From Octopus vulgaris (taxonomy: Eukaryota), in assembly GCA_951406725.2 (NCBI GenBank), contig OX597814.1:176452001-176516000 (forward strand): a stretch of 64,000 nucleotides of DNA, given 5' to 3'. Below the pieces are notes generated by a model that worked only from the letters and a program-made list of their open reading frames with translations, searched no databases and had not been told where the DNA came from. Position numbers and translations under genes: made by a program. Below, in pieces: positions 53,601-64,000 of this stretch; the stretch's first letter is position 1, and each line of letters starts with the position of its first letter.

Positions 53601-56600
53601 ATTTCTGTGTAAGTAAAATTATCAGAACAGCACTAATTAGGCAGTTTTATAAAGTAATAGCTTACAATTAAGTATACCTGTTTTTGTTTTTCAGATCAGG
53701 AAAGACAACACCTGTCAGCGTTGCTCCAACTTTTATCATCTTACATACATCACCATCTGCACTTACTTCACAGTCTGCTAAAACGGTTACTCCAACAACT
53801 TTTACATCTCAGTTGAGACCTTTACTTCCCAAACCAGTTATTAAAACTACATTACTTTCAAGATCAGAGCCATTAGTTATGAGTGGTGATGGAACAAGCA
53901 GTTTTACTCATCTTTTAAATCCAGGATTGAATAAAACTCATTTAACTGAGTCAAACAATGTATGCATTCAAACTGAGAACCAATTAGATAACACAATGAT
54001 GTCCTATCCGACTTTAGAGAATCACCTGTACAAGAGGACCAATTGGCAAGAAACCAATGACCAAACAGACAGTACTCTATTTGCGGGTATAAACCAAAAA
54101 TCTGTCAAAAGATTGTCTGAAGATGCTATTTATTCATTGAACAAATTTACATCATCCACAGGTATCCAAACTGCAGTAAGTGTACCACCTGTGAAAAAGA
54201 AATCTCTTCACAATATGGTGGGGACTCAGACAATGGGTGATTATATCCTTACAACAGCTATGTCTTCAGCACAAATACCTATCCAACAGGTATCCCAAGC
54301 ATCTCAAGCTAACTCTCATTGCAAAGTAGCAAAGAATCAAAATACAGAGTCCAGCCATACCCAAACAATGGATGTTAAATCTTCCAAGTGGAAGAAAAGG
54401 CGACACTCTTTCTCTTGGCAAGAAAATTTGGATGAAATACAAATCCATGAAAATACTCAGAATTTACTTCTTTTCAAAGACACAGGTAAATACATTTCTT
54501 ATGCATGTTTGACCATAAACTTACTCTTTAACACTATATATGAGGTCACCTCTAATAATCTACAATCATACGCAAATGATAACCACACCCAAGCTTCCAC
54601 ACCCAAGCATCATTCATATGTGACCCAGACACTTCATATCAAATTTACATTAATTTCTATTATTTTACTACCCACAAGGGGCTAAACATAGAGTGGACAA
54701 ACAAGGACAGACAAAGGGATTAAGTTGATTACATTGACCCCAGTGCGTAACTGGTACTTAATTTATCAACCCCGAAAAGATGAAAGGCAAAGTCAACCTC
54801 GGCGGAATTTGAACTCACAACGTAACGGCAGACGAAATACCATTAAGCATTTCGGCTGGCATGCTAACGTTTCTGCCAGCTCGCTGCCTTAAATCTATAT
54901 TGATTTCATTAAAAGAAACCTCAAAATGTCTTTCAGTGGTGTCATACCTCTCTTGTCACTTTTGACAGGACTAGGACACCAATCGCTACAGACATGAAGA
55001 AAACACTGGTCATCCCCACCCCACTTAGACATTAGGAATATCATGCAACTAGAATCCTCAAGATCACTACAAATGCTAGGCCTCGTCATCACTGAGGATC
55101 TTTTCTGGGATGTACCTTTCCTCAACATAACCAAACTGTGTTACAAAGACTGGCCTTCAGAACCAGAAAATACTTCATAATCCCCCACCAACTACTCAAG
55201 ACCCACAATGGAGTTCTGCTCCTACATCTGGAACAGTACTACTGCTATACATACATGCATGTATGTGTGTGCACAACACACACACACACACACACAACAT
55301 GAACTAATTCAAAGAAAGCTTGATTGGTATGAAGTTGCTCATGAACATTTTCTATACTCTGGCTCACCGATGCATTATCTCTTCTACCTTTTTTACTACT
55401 ACTACTACCATAGCTTTTGCTTCCTGTAGCTAACTGGTCTTGTCCCACCTTATTCAGACACTTTTGACCCTAACATATCTCCTCTTGTCTCCTATTTTGT
55501 ATCCTCTTCCAGGCTGTGTACTAATCACTATTCCTGAACCTTACTCCACAGAATGTTTACGCCATGAAATTCCTGCCTTGCCTTTGCTTTTGTTGCAGTT
55601 TTTTCTTGTAGTTGTTCAAGTGGAATGTTAACTGCATAAGTTTCACCAGTTTCAGAGAATGTACAAAGGCTACAGCATAGCCCCTTCAGACCAAACTCAA
55701 AATGTAAAAGAAAAAAAAATTATTTTTCTGACAGCTTTACACTTCAAGAACCATGCCACTTAAATTAACGTAAATAAGACTATTGCTTAATTATTAGTAT
55801 TATTAGATTATCTTTTACAAAAAGATTTTGTTATTTAATTGTTTTTAGATTTATGTATAATTTTTATTGAGGCAGTTATTCAACTTTATAATTAACATCA
55901 TTTATTACAAAACATCTAATTTATCCTTTTCTTTAACTTAGGTTCAACAAGTGAACTTACTGACAATCATACCCAAACAATATCAGAGAGTGTACCAGCT
56001 ATTTCAACCCAGACTAATATGACTTGTCTTATGAACTCTTGGCAAAATGGGAAAGTAGCTTCTGATAACAACACTTCCTTCAATAGTCAACAAAGTACTG
56101 AGACCCAAACAATCAGCTCAGTCTTACAGAAGATGATGAACAAAAATGAGGACAGTTTCTATCAGTTAGCTACTCCTTACAATGAAGAATCCAGTACAGA
56201 ACAATCATCCTTTCCTCCAATTGATTCTGACAATTCAAAGGCAGCTCTACCAAACACTATCAATTCTTCACTGCAGACTAATACTGCCATGGACTTACTC
56301 TATTCTCCATTATCAAGGGACACTGATTCAACAATTAATAGACAAGTATCTTCTGATAATTACCAAGCTTTTAATTCTGAATTAACTCCAGCTTTGGATG
56401 ACAGTAACTGTGCAAGTTTGCTGAATTCCATAGCAGACCAAAATGCAAGTGATAATTACATATGTGAAAATGAAGAAATGCAATCAAATGTTGTCAACAA
56501 TGAGTCTGTAGAAAGCATTAGAAATAAGAATGAGATATCTGAATCTAGTAGTGCAATTTCTTTTAGCTTTATTAATCAAAGCCTTGACACTAATGAGTGT

Positions 56601-57872
56601 TCCTTGAGCAGCTTTTCATCTTCAAGGCAACACCATGGTGCTTTAGCTAGCTTTTCCAATTTACAGAACATAAATCAAGAATCAGAAGATAATCAAAGAA
56701 ATAATCAAGAAAATGCTACCAACTTGTTGAATTCTTTGGTTGACAAAGATCCAATTTTGTACAGTAGCACTAGTTTCGCTGATATTGGGGACTCCAGTGA
56801 TGCCCTAAAATATCCTCAGATGGAATCGTTTGACAATGTGCAGGCTTTTACCACATCAACAACGCCACCTTTGGATATAACCGATGCCTCGTTGTTATCA
56901 TTTGATAAAAGACTCAACACTACTAACAGGAATAACAACACTGATAACTATCTTATTCAACCAGAATCTGCTAAGAATAAAAATAAAATCTCTCAAAATT
57001 CAGATATAGGAAACATATCCAACAAGTCATTCTTTGATAGTTCTCTGGAGAACGGAATGGCTGGAAATAACGAGACACAATCAGAGAAAATCTACTTTGA
57101 TTCTACAAAGAATGCTGAGATTAACTTCCCATCTGGCGAATTCTATTTAAGCAATCCAAATGTTAGCCCAGTTCAGTGTAATCAAAGTCTTTCTGAAAAA
57201 CTATTTAGCTCTGAGAAAGGTGTTGGTACAGATTCCTGCATTAACCATTACACTGATATATCTTCAACTGCCAGCAGTTTCTACAACACAACCAATGATG
57301 TTTTGAATGATGCAGAGAACAAAGATAGCTCAACGTCTATGAATGATGTGATAGAAGATGCTAGAAACAGAATTTCTATGAGTTCTCTTTCAAGTGCTGA
57401 ATGTAATCCAATGATTTCTAGGGAGTTCCCACCAATGGTGGCTAACAGTGAAGTACAGACGCTTGCATTAGACGACAACATTGAAGCTCTGTTGAACAAT
57501 TCTGAACACTCGCGGTCCTCATCTGTCATCGACATGCACACACAAACCGTCGAAGATATTTTGGACTTGTTTGGAAACAACATGGAAACCCAAACGGCTG
57601 TTGATGATACATTCTTACTTGGACTTGAATTCTCTGACATTGAAACTCAGACGACAGCTGGAGATCTTGATTCAGTAGAAAGTCGCTGTCTGATTACTGC
57701 AGGAACCCAAACAACATTTTCAAATCTCAATCTCAGTCAAGATGTTGAGTTCTCTGATATGGAAACCCAGACTGGCTTTACCATGATGGACTTGGATACT
57801 TTTCTCACTGATTCACATACGCAAACAACATTTGGAGAGCTTGAAGACTTTCTCTGTGGCTTTAATTCTTAA
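46596..57872 (+). CDS. ATMIN: ATM interactor (ATMIN/ASCIZ) orthologue, spliced CDS join(46596..46748,49214..49357,52162..52373,53695..54485,55942..57872), 3231 nt, about 1076 aa
   Basis: All four introns are GT..AG with compatible phases (0,0,2,1) and give one open frame. The N-terminus has four C2H2/C2HC-type fingers. QHYMKVHADKKHKCPKC..CGMIFRCKTCDCPF..HEIP matches recalled ATMIN (QHFMKMHAEKKHKCSKC..CGKTFRCTCGCPY..HEIP). The long S/N/T-rich tail has 11 exact TQT motifs. Confidence 0.93.
49214..49357 (+). CDS. ATMIN: ATMIN coding exon 2 (first part of ZnF2, YHCPVQSC..KRHFASKKLLKQ)
   Basis: Acceptor TTTCTCTTCAG; donor CAG|GTGAGT; 144 nt, phase 0-0. Confidence 0.9.
52162..52373 (+). CDS. ATMIN: ATMIN coding exon 3 (end of ZnF2, ZnF3, ZnF4)
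   Basis: Poly-T acceptor ending GACCAG; encodes HYMKVHADKKHKCPKC...; donor AG|GTAAAT, phase 2. Confidence 0.93.
53695..54485 (+). CDS. ATMIN: ATMIN coding exon 4 (low-complexity region, LRPLLPKP, first TQT motifs)
   Basis: Acceptor TTTTGTTTTTCAG; frame continues AG+A = Arg; donor G|GTAAAT, phase 1; lies within ORF 53684..54685. Confidence 0.9.
54930..55560 (+). mobile_element. Degenerate CR1/L2-group LINE C-terminal relic in ATMIN intron 4
   Basis: LQMLGLVITEDLFW, RPTMEFCSYIW and IQRK motifs in shifting frames. Confidence 0.55.
55942..57872 (+). CDS. ATMIN: ATMIN terminal coding exon (LC8-binding TQT repeat domain)
   Basis: Acceptor CTTTTCTTTAACTTAG; in frame with ORF 56019..57872; contains HTQT, STQT, ETQT, MHTQT, METQT, IETQT, AGTQT, METQT, SHTQT; stop TAA. 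Confidence 0.92.
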
Positions 57873-60100
57873 GTGTAAACAAAAACAGCAGCTAAAATAT
57901 TCTGTTTTTCGTCGTTGTTGCATCTATTATTTGTTATAATATTTGAGCTGAGCGATAAAAAATGATAGACAGAAACTACACTACAAAGTATTAAATAATT
58001 CACTGAATTAAGACAGAGTTTTGTTTTTAGAAACTACTTGTGTCTTAATTGACTGCTAAATGATCAAAATACATCTTGTTTTTGTGCTAATTATAACAGA
58101 AGATAATTTTGTTTTAATTTTATTCTGTTGCATAGAGTAGTAAGGTAGCAAGGTTAAAGTGTTAGACTAAGTATTTCATAGCTTAATATCAGCCCTCTAT
58201 GTCCTAAACTTGAATTTGGCTATTTTTAATTTCCTTTTATCCCTTCAGTATCTATAAAATAAGCACAAGAAAAATATAATCTCTCTCTATAGTAATATGT
58301 AATTTGCTTAGATTTCTAAGAATTAATAATGCACTTAAAACAACTAATAATAGTTATGTCAGATCACGGATTTCAGAATTTCTGGACCACCATTAGCTAT
58401 CCTCTTCATTTTCAAGATATAGTTTATTTATTTATTTATTTATTTATTGTACATTTGTTTAAACACTTGATGATTTTTTGTTTTTTGTTTCCATGTGATA
58501 ATAATTTAAAAGACAAACACAGAAAAGGCAAAAACAGGACAAATTTAGTGTTCTGATTATTGTATATTTTATTTTGCAAATTTAATGATATTGGTTTCAA
58601 GTAAAGATACATTGAACATATCAAATGTGGTTTTGCTTCTTACCATTCTTAATGCATCAGCATTTATTTTACATTTTATTTTGAATTTACTGAATCAATA
58701 ATGTCATTGTCATTGCATCTGTATTTAATTTCTTATTTCTTTACTGCCTACAAAGGGCTACACACAGAGGGGACAAACAAGGACAGACAAACGGATTAAG
58801 TCGATTATATCGACCCCAGTGCGTAACTGGTACTTATTTAATCGACTCCGAAAGGATGAAAGGCAAAAGTTGGCCTCAGCAGAATTTGAACTCAGAACGT
58901 AGCAGCAGACGAAATACCTATTTCTTTACTACCCACAAGGGGCTACACATAGAGGGGACAAACAAGGACAGACACACGGATTAAGTCAATTACATCGATC
59001 CCAATGCGTAACTGGTACTTATTTAGTCGACCTCGGCGGAATTTGAACTCAGAATGTAGCGGCAGACGAAATACCGCTAAGCAGTTCACCCGACATGCTA
59101 ACGTTTCTGCCAGCTCGCCGCCTTAAATTTATTTAGTCTGTATTTAGTTTCTATTGGGATGGGTTTGATAGGTCCATCATATGGCATATCAGTCCTCTTG
59201 TTTCTGCATCATCTTATTTACAGGGTTTAACATCTTGAGATATGAATTCACAATTTCTTCCTATGCCTTTCTCTGTTGCAACCTCCTTTACACTTTCTGA
59301 TTACAGCTCTTTTTTATTTCACACTTGTTGTCGATTCACATCACATCTGTAACAGTGCAACAACTTACTGCATATGTTCAAGCATTGCTGTATGGTTAAG
59401 AAGCTAACTTTGCAACCAAGTGGTTTTGGGTTCAATCTCACTGTGTAGAACCTTAGCCAAGTGTCTTCTCCTATAGCCCCAAGCCGACCAATGACTTGTG
59501 AGTGGATTTGGTTTGATGTAAACAGTGTAGAAGTTTGTCATATGCGTGTGTGTGTATGTGTGATAAGAAGCTTGCTTTCCAACCATGTGATTCCATTTCA
59601 GTCTCAATGCATGGCACCTTGGGCAAATGTCTTCTACTATAGCCTCAGGCTGATCAAAGCCTTGTGAATGGATTTCGTTGACAGAAACTGAAAGGAGCAT
59701 GTTGTGTATATATATGTGTGTGTGTGTGTGTCTTTATGTCTGTATCCCCCACCACTGTTTGACAACCTTTGTTGGTGTGTTTACATCCCTGTTACCTAGC
59801 AGTTTGGTAAAAGAGACTGACAGAATAAGTACTAAGCTTTAGAAAATAAGCCTAGGGTCGATTTGTTTGACTAAAACCCTTCAAAGCAGTGCCCCAGTAT
59901 GGCCACAGTCAAATGACTGATAAAATTAAAAGATAAAATATGCATATATTGTTGACATCATAAGAATTTTATAAACTTTTGAGAGAATGTGAAATAATTC
60001 TTTTTCAGAACAATGGCTCTTAAGGCGGTTGTCAAGCTTTATGTGATGAGCCTAGGGAGCCAGTATTTCAAAAGATGTATGTTTATATATATATATATAT

Positions 60101-60930
60101 ATCATCATCATCATCGTTTAACGTCCGCTTTCCATGCTAGCATGGGTTGGACGGTTCAACTGGGGTCTGGCAAGCCCGAAGGCTGCACCAGGCCAGTCAG
60201 ATCTGGCAGTGTTTCTACAGCTGGATGCCCTTCCTAACGCCAACCACTCCGAGAGTGTAGTGGGTGATTTTATGTGCCACCGACACAGGTGCCAGACGAC
60301 GCTGGCAGACGGCCACGCTCGGATGGTGTTTTTTTATGTGCCACCGACACAGGTGCCAGACGAGGCTGGCTGACGGCCACGCTCGGATGGTGTTTTCTTA
60401 TGTGTCACCGACACAGGTGCCAGACGAGGCTGGCGGACGGCCACGCTCGGATGGTGTTTGTTACGTGCCCTCAGCACGTTCGGGTGGTTTTCTTATGTGC
60501 CACCGGCACTGGTACCACAAGGGTACAAATTCCATTGATGTACATCTATTTTGATTTGGTTCGATTTGATTCGATTCTCACTTGCCTCAACAGGTCTTCA
60601 CAAGTGTCACAAGAAGGAAGGTATGCACAGGTGGACTGACTACGTCCCAGGTAGGGGCCACGGATTATGGCTTCACTAGTCTTGCCGGGTCTTCTCACGC
60701 ACAGCATACTTCCATAGGTCTCGGTCTCTAGTCATTTCCATGGTGAGACCTAACGTCCGAAGGTCGTACTTCACCACCTCGTCCCAGGTTTTCCTGGGTC
60801 TACCTCTTCCACGGGTTCCCTCAACTGCTAGGGATTGGCACTTTCTCACACACCTATCTTCATCCATTCTCGCCACATGACCATACCAGCGCAATCGTCT
60901 CTCTTGTACACCACAACTGATGCTTCTTAG
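60101..60930 (-). mobile_element. RTE-clade LINE 3' end (ORF C-terminus, 3'UTR, (GAT)n tail); source of the most abundant repeat in the window
   Basis: ERRLRWYGHVARM..GTRGRGRPRKTW..DRDLWK is typical of RTE. Shorter 3'UTR copies at about 2417-2720, 10509-10760, 16999-17397, 18679-19070, 19870-20100, 22017-22345, 23790-23970, 33090-33293, 46787-47070, 50178-50387, 52720-53090, 63331-63515 and 63898-64000. Confidence 0.9.
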
Positions 60931-61124
60931 GTATATATATATATATAGGGAGAGTTCACAAAAAAAACTTAAGACGAAGACAGGTGGTGTACAAAACAAA
61001 CAGATGTATTAGTATAACGCTCAGGAACTGAAAAAGTCTTTTACATTTCGAGCCTACGCTCTTCTACAGAAAGGGACACAGAAAAAAACAGTGTGTAGTG
61101 GCTACCGATCTATCATACACATAC

Positions 61125-61940
61125 ACGAAGGTGCACAGAAATGTTCATAGGCTGACCATGAAGGAGTGATGGTAGAGCTGTGAAATTGTGCATGCATTCA
61201 TTTCCCCTCTTCTTAATAACTGCATTGTTTCATTCTAGGTCAACTGACATCTGACTGTTAAAAAAAAAATAACTTCACAAGTAACTAGAATCGACTTCTC
61301 TTAAAAAGTCAACAAAATCAGCAACATGGTGTTATCAAGTACCAGTAAAAAAAGGGCTTAACCATGCTGGCATGGTTGCTACATTAGGGAATGATGCTCC
61401 TGCTTTATCAACAGTGCATAAGTGGGTATCTGAATTTAGGTGGGGAAAGGAGCATCTTGAAGATGACCCTAGGTTTGGATGTCCTGCAGCTGCCACCACC
61501 AAGGAAAACATTTCACCACTTGGTGATGAATGGCAGGCGATTGACTATAAATCAAGTAACCAATTTTATTAGCATATCCTCTGAGAGAGTTGAGATTATT
61601 CAACACAATGAACTTGGCATGACTGAGTGGTAATACATCTGACCCCTGATCAAAAGAGCACCAGGCCAATCACATCATGGGAAAATCTGACATTGTTTCA
61701 GGCAGATCCAGCTGGTTTCCTTGAATGTTTCCCAAGCCAGAATGAGTGTTGGCTTCATCACTTTGAACCAGAGACAAAAAGACAATCCATGCAGTGGAAA
61801 CACCTTCCTCACCTGCTCCAAAGAGGGCCAACGTTGTTTCATCTGTAGAGAAGGTGATGGCCTCAGTTTTTTGGGATGCAAAAGGCATTGTGTTTATTGA
61901 CTGTCTTCAAAAGGGCCACACCATCGATGGAGAATTCTGA
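61125..61940 (+). mobile_element. Degenerate mariner (irritans-like) transposase, 3'-truncated
   Basis: LGNDAPALSTVHKWVSEF..EDDPRFGCP; ECWLHHFEPETKRQSMQWKH; KVMASVFWDAKGIVFID. Confidence 0.85.
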
Positions 61941-62335
61941 CAACTGGGTGGTACTTCAGGCAACTGTCTTCTACTATAGTCTCAGGCTGACCGAAGCTTT
62001 GTAAGTGGATTTGGTAGATGGAAACAAAAAAAGCCTGTCACGTATATATATATATATATATAAATATTTAAAAATTGAGGGAGATAAATTAATATTAATT
62101 TTAATATCAATTTAAAACCAGTAGTCCAGCATTCAAAAAATCTGAGGAGTCAGAGAAAATTCAAATATATGTGTATATTGGCAGGGCTGGCCTGCTAGGT
62201 AGCCGGCCAGAATGCTAGAAAAAGATCATCAACGATCAAACTACAAGGGAAATTCTCTAGAGGAAGAATTCAGCGAACACCAGAACCAAATTTGGCGGGC
62301 AGGACATATGAAAAATTAAATAAAAAACAGACTTA

Positions 62336-62411
62336 AATGCATACCTCGGTTTCGGTCTTAACAAAAGAATTACTTGCATAATTCAAGTGTCCGTGACTTC
62401 TTCAGTACATT
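62336..62411 (-). ncRNA. Type I hammerhead ribozyme motif, copy 1
   Basis: The - strand reads AATGTA-CTGAAGA-AGTC(..ACTTG/CAAGT hairpin..)GACC-GAAA-CCGAGG-TA-TGCATT. Confidence 0.75.
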
Positions 62412-62880
62412 CGGTCTTCGAGATGCAAACCGCAAGACTAACCCCAGCTCTCTGTGTCAAGACAGACACGTGCTTAGTCTTACTGATTACATCGGGAATA
62501 AAATTTCAAATGTCTTGGTTCCGGCGCGCTAAGAGACTCCTGAAGCGAAGGGCTGCAGTGAATAATTCACTGCGGGTAATGCTTACAACTAGGGAACGTA
62601 TTTATTTAAATATTTAAAAATTGAGGGAGATAAATTAATATTAATTTTAATATCAATTTAAAACCAGTAGTCCAGCATTCAAAAAATCTGAGGAGTCAGA
62701 GAAAATTCAAATATATGTGTATATTGGCAGGGCTGGCCTGCTAGGTAGCCGGCCAGAATGCTAGAAAAGATCATCAACGATCAAACTACAAGGGAAATTC
62801 TCTAGAGGAAGAATTCAGCGAACACCAGAACCAAATTTGGCGGGCAGGACATATGAAAAATTAAATAAAAAACAGACTTA

Positions 62881-62956
62881 AATGCATACCTCGGTTTCGG
62901 TCTTAACAAAAGAATTACTTGCATAATTCAAGTGTCCGTGACTTCTTCAGTACATT
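62881..62956 (-). ncRNA. Type I hammerhead ribozyme motif, copy 2
   Basis: Identical to copy 1 and 545 bp away. Confidence 0.75.
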
Positions 62957-63048
62957 CGGTCCTCGAGATGTAATCAGTAAGACTAAGCACGTGTCTGTCT
63001 TGACACAGAGAGCTGGGGTTAGTCTTGCGGTTTGCATCTCGAGGACCG

Positions 63049-63124
63049 AATGTACTGAAGAAGTCACGGACACTTGAATTATGCAAGTAATTCTTTTGTT
63101 AAGACCGAAACCGAGGTATGCATT
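63049..63124 (+). ncRNA. Type I hammerhead ribozyme motif, inverted copy 3
   Basis: Same 76-nt motif on the + strand; predicted cleavage after GTA at 63118. Confidence 0.75.
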
Positions 63125-63285
63125 TAAGTCTGTTTTTTATTTAATTTTTCATATGTCCTGCCCGCCAAATTTGGTTCTGGTGTTCGCTGAATTCTTCCTC
63201 TAGAGAATTTCCCTTGTAGTTTGATCGTTGATGATCTTTTTCTAGCATTCTGGCCGGCTACCTAGCAGGCCAGCCCTGCCAATAT

Positions 63286-63324
<39 letters not shown>

Positions 63325-64000
63325 TATATATCATCATCATCGTTTAACGTCCGCTTTCCATGCTAGCATGGTTGGACAATTTGACTGAGGACTGGCAAAC
63401 CAGATGGCTGCACCAGGCTCCAATCTTGATCTGGCAGAGTTTCTACAGCTGGATGCCCTTCCTAATGCCAACCACTCCGAGAGTGTAGTGGGTGCTTTTA
63501 CGTGCCACCGGCATGAGGGCACACACACATACATATATGTGTGTGTGTGTGCCTTTGTGTCTGTGTTTATCCCCCACCACAGCTTAACAACTGGTGTGGT
63601 GTGTTTACGTCCCCATAACTTAGCAGTTTGGTAAAAGAGACTGATGGAAACAAAAAAATCAAGTACTGGTGTCGTTTCATTTAACTAAAAATTCTTCAAA
63701 GTAGTGCTCCAGCATGGCTTTTGTCTAATGACTGAAACAAGTAAAAGATAAAAAATAAATAAAAGAACATTTTAGTGAGAATGTGTGCGAGATAAACTGT
63801 ATGAAAGTTTGAGTGCCGCCTGGTAAATTTGAATCTGAAATATTTTTATTCAAGTTTATCAAAGGCTCTGTTTATCAGTTGAGAAAAATTATCAGGAATC
63901 ATCATCATTTAACATCTGCTTTCCATGCTAGCATGGGTTGGACGATTTGACTGAGGACTGGCAAACCAGATGGCTGCACCAGGCTCCAATCTGATCTGGC

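Larger units (their letters stand above)
62061..63295 (-). mobile_element. Young non-autonomous Penelope-type / retrozyme-like locus: about 1.7 tandem copies of a 545/546-bp unit plus an inverted partial copy, within (TA)n
   Basis: The unit 62061-62606 restarts at 62607 and runs to 62970; 62967-63295 is the reverse complement of 62165-62493; (TA)n on both sides; one HHR per copy. Confidence 0.85.

Noticed and set aside
54486-54685. Tail of ORF 53684..54685 with extra HTQA/VTQT motifs
   Set aside because: Lies after a good donor at 54486 and runs into a SINE. Treated as intron read-through, although intron retention cannot be excluded.
57281-57640. 119-aa antisense ORF over the ATMIN last exon
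   Set aside because: Shadow ORF of the coding strand with no independent evidence.
60268-60470. Regularly spaced ~60-bp repeats resembling a CRISPR array
   Set aside because: Whole units repeat with no unique spacers, there are no cas genes, and the context is a eukaryotic LINE UTR.

Overview
AT-rich, microsatellite-rich animal genomic DNA. The SINE, RTE-tail and (TA)n landscape suggests an octopus, which is an inference from repeat content. Two spliced protein-coding genes point away from each other. On the + strand is a complete 5-exon ATMIN/ASCIZ orthologue (46596..57872, about 1076 aa) with four N-terminal zinc fingers and many TQT LC8-binding motifs. On the - strand are N-terminal exons of a DEF8 orthologue (16065..15673 and 3117..3034) that continues beyond the left edge. 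The rest is transposon debris: several Tc1/mariner relics and MITEs, hAT-type MITEs, a clean non-autonomous Helitron, 3' ends of an RTE LINE, CRE-, CR1- and jockey-like relics, three tRNA-SINE families and a Penelope-like (GIY-YIG) relic. The most notable signal is a set of minimal type I hammerhead ribozyme (HHR) motifs in several unrelated small elements. These include a very young 545/546-bp tandem-plus-inverted retrozyme-like locus (62061..63295) and a TSD-flanked 360-bp element that fuses a tRNA-derived Pol III head to an HHR with an inverted terminal copy (11814..12173). All calls were made by eye without database searches.
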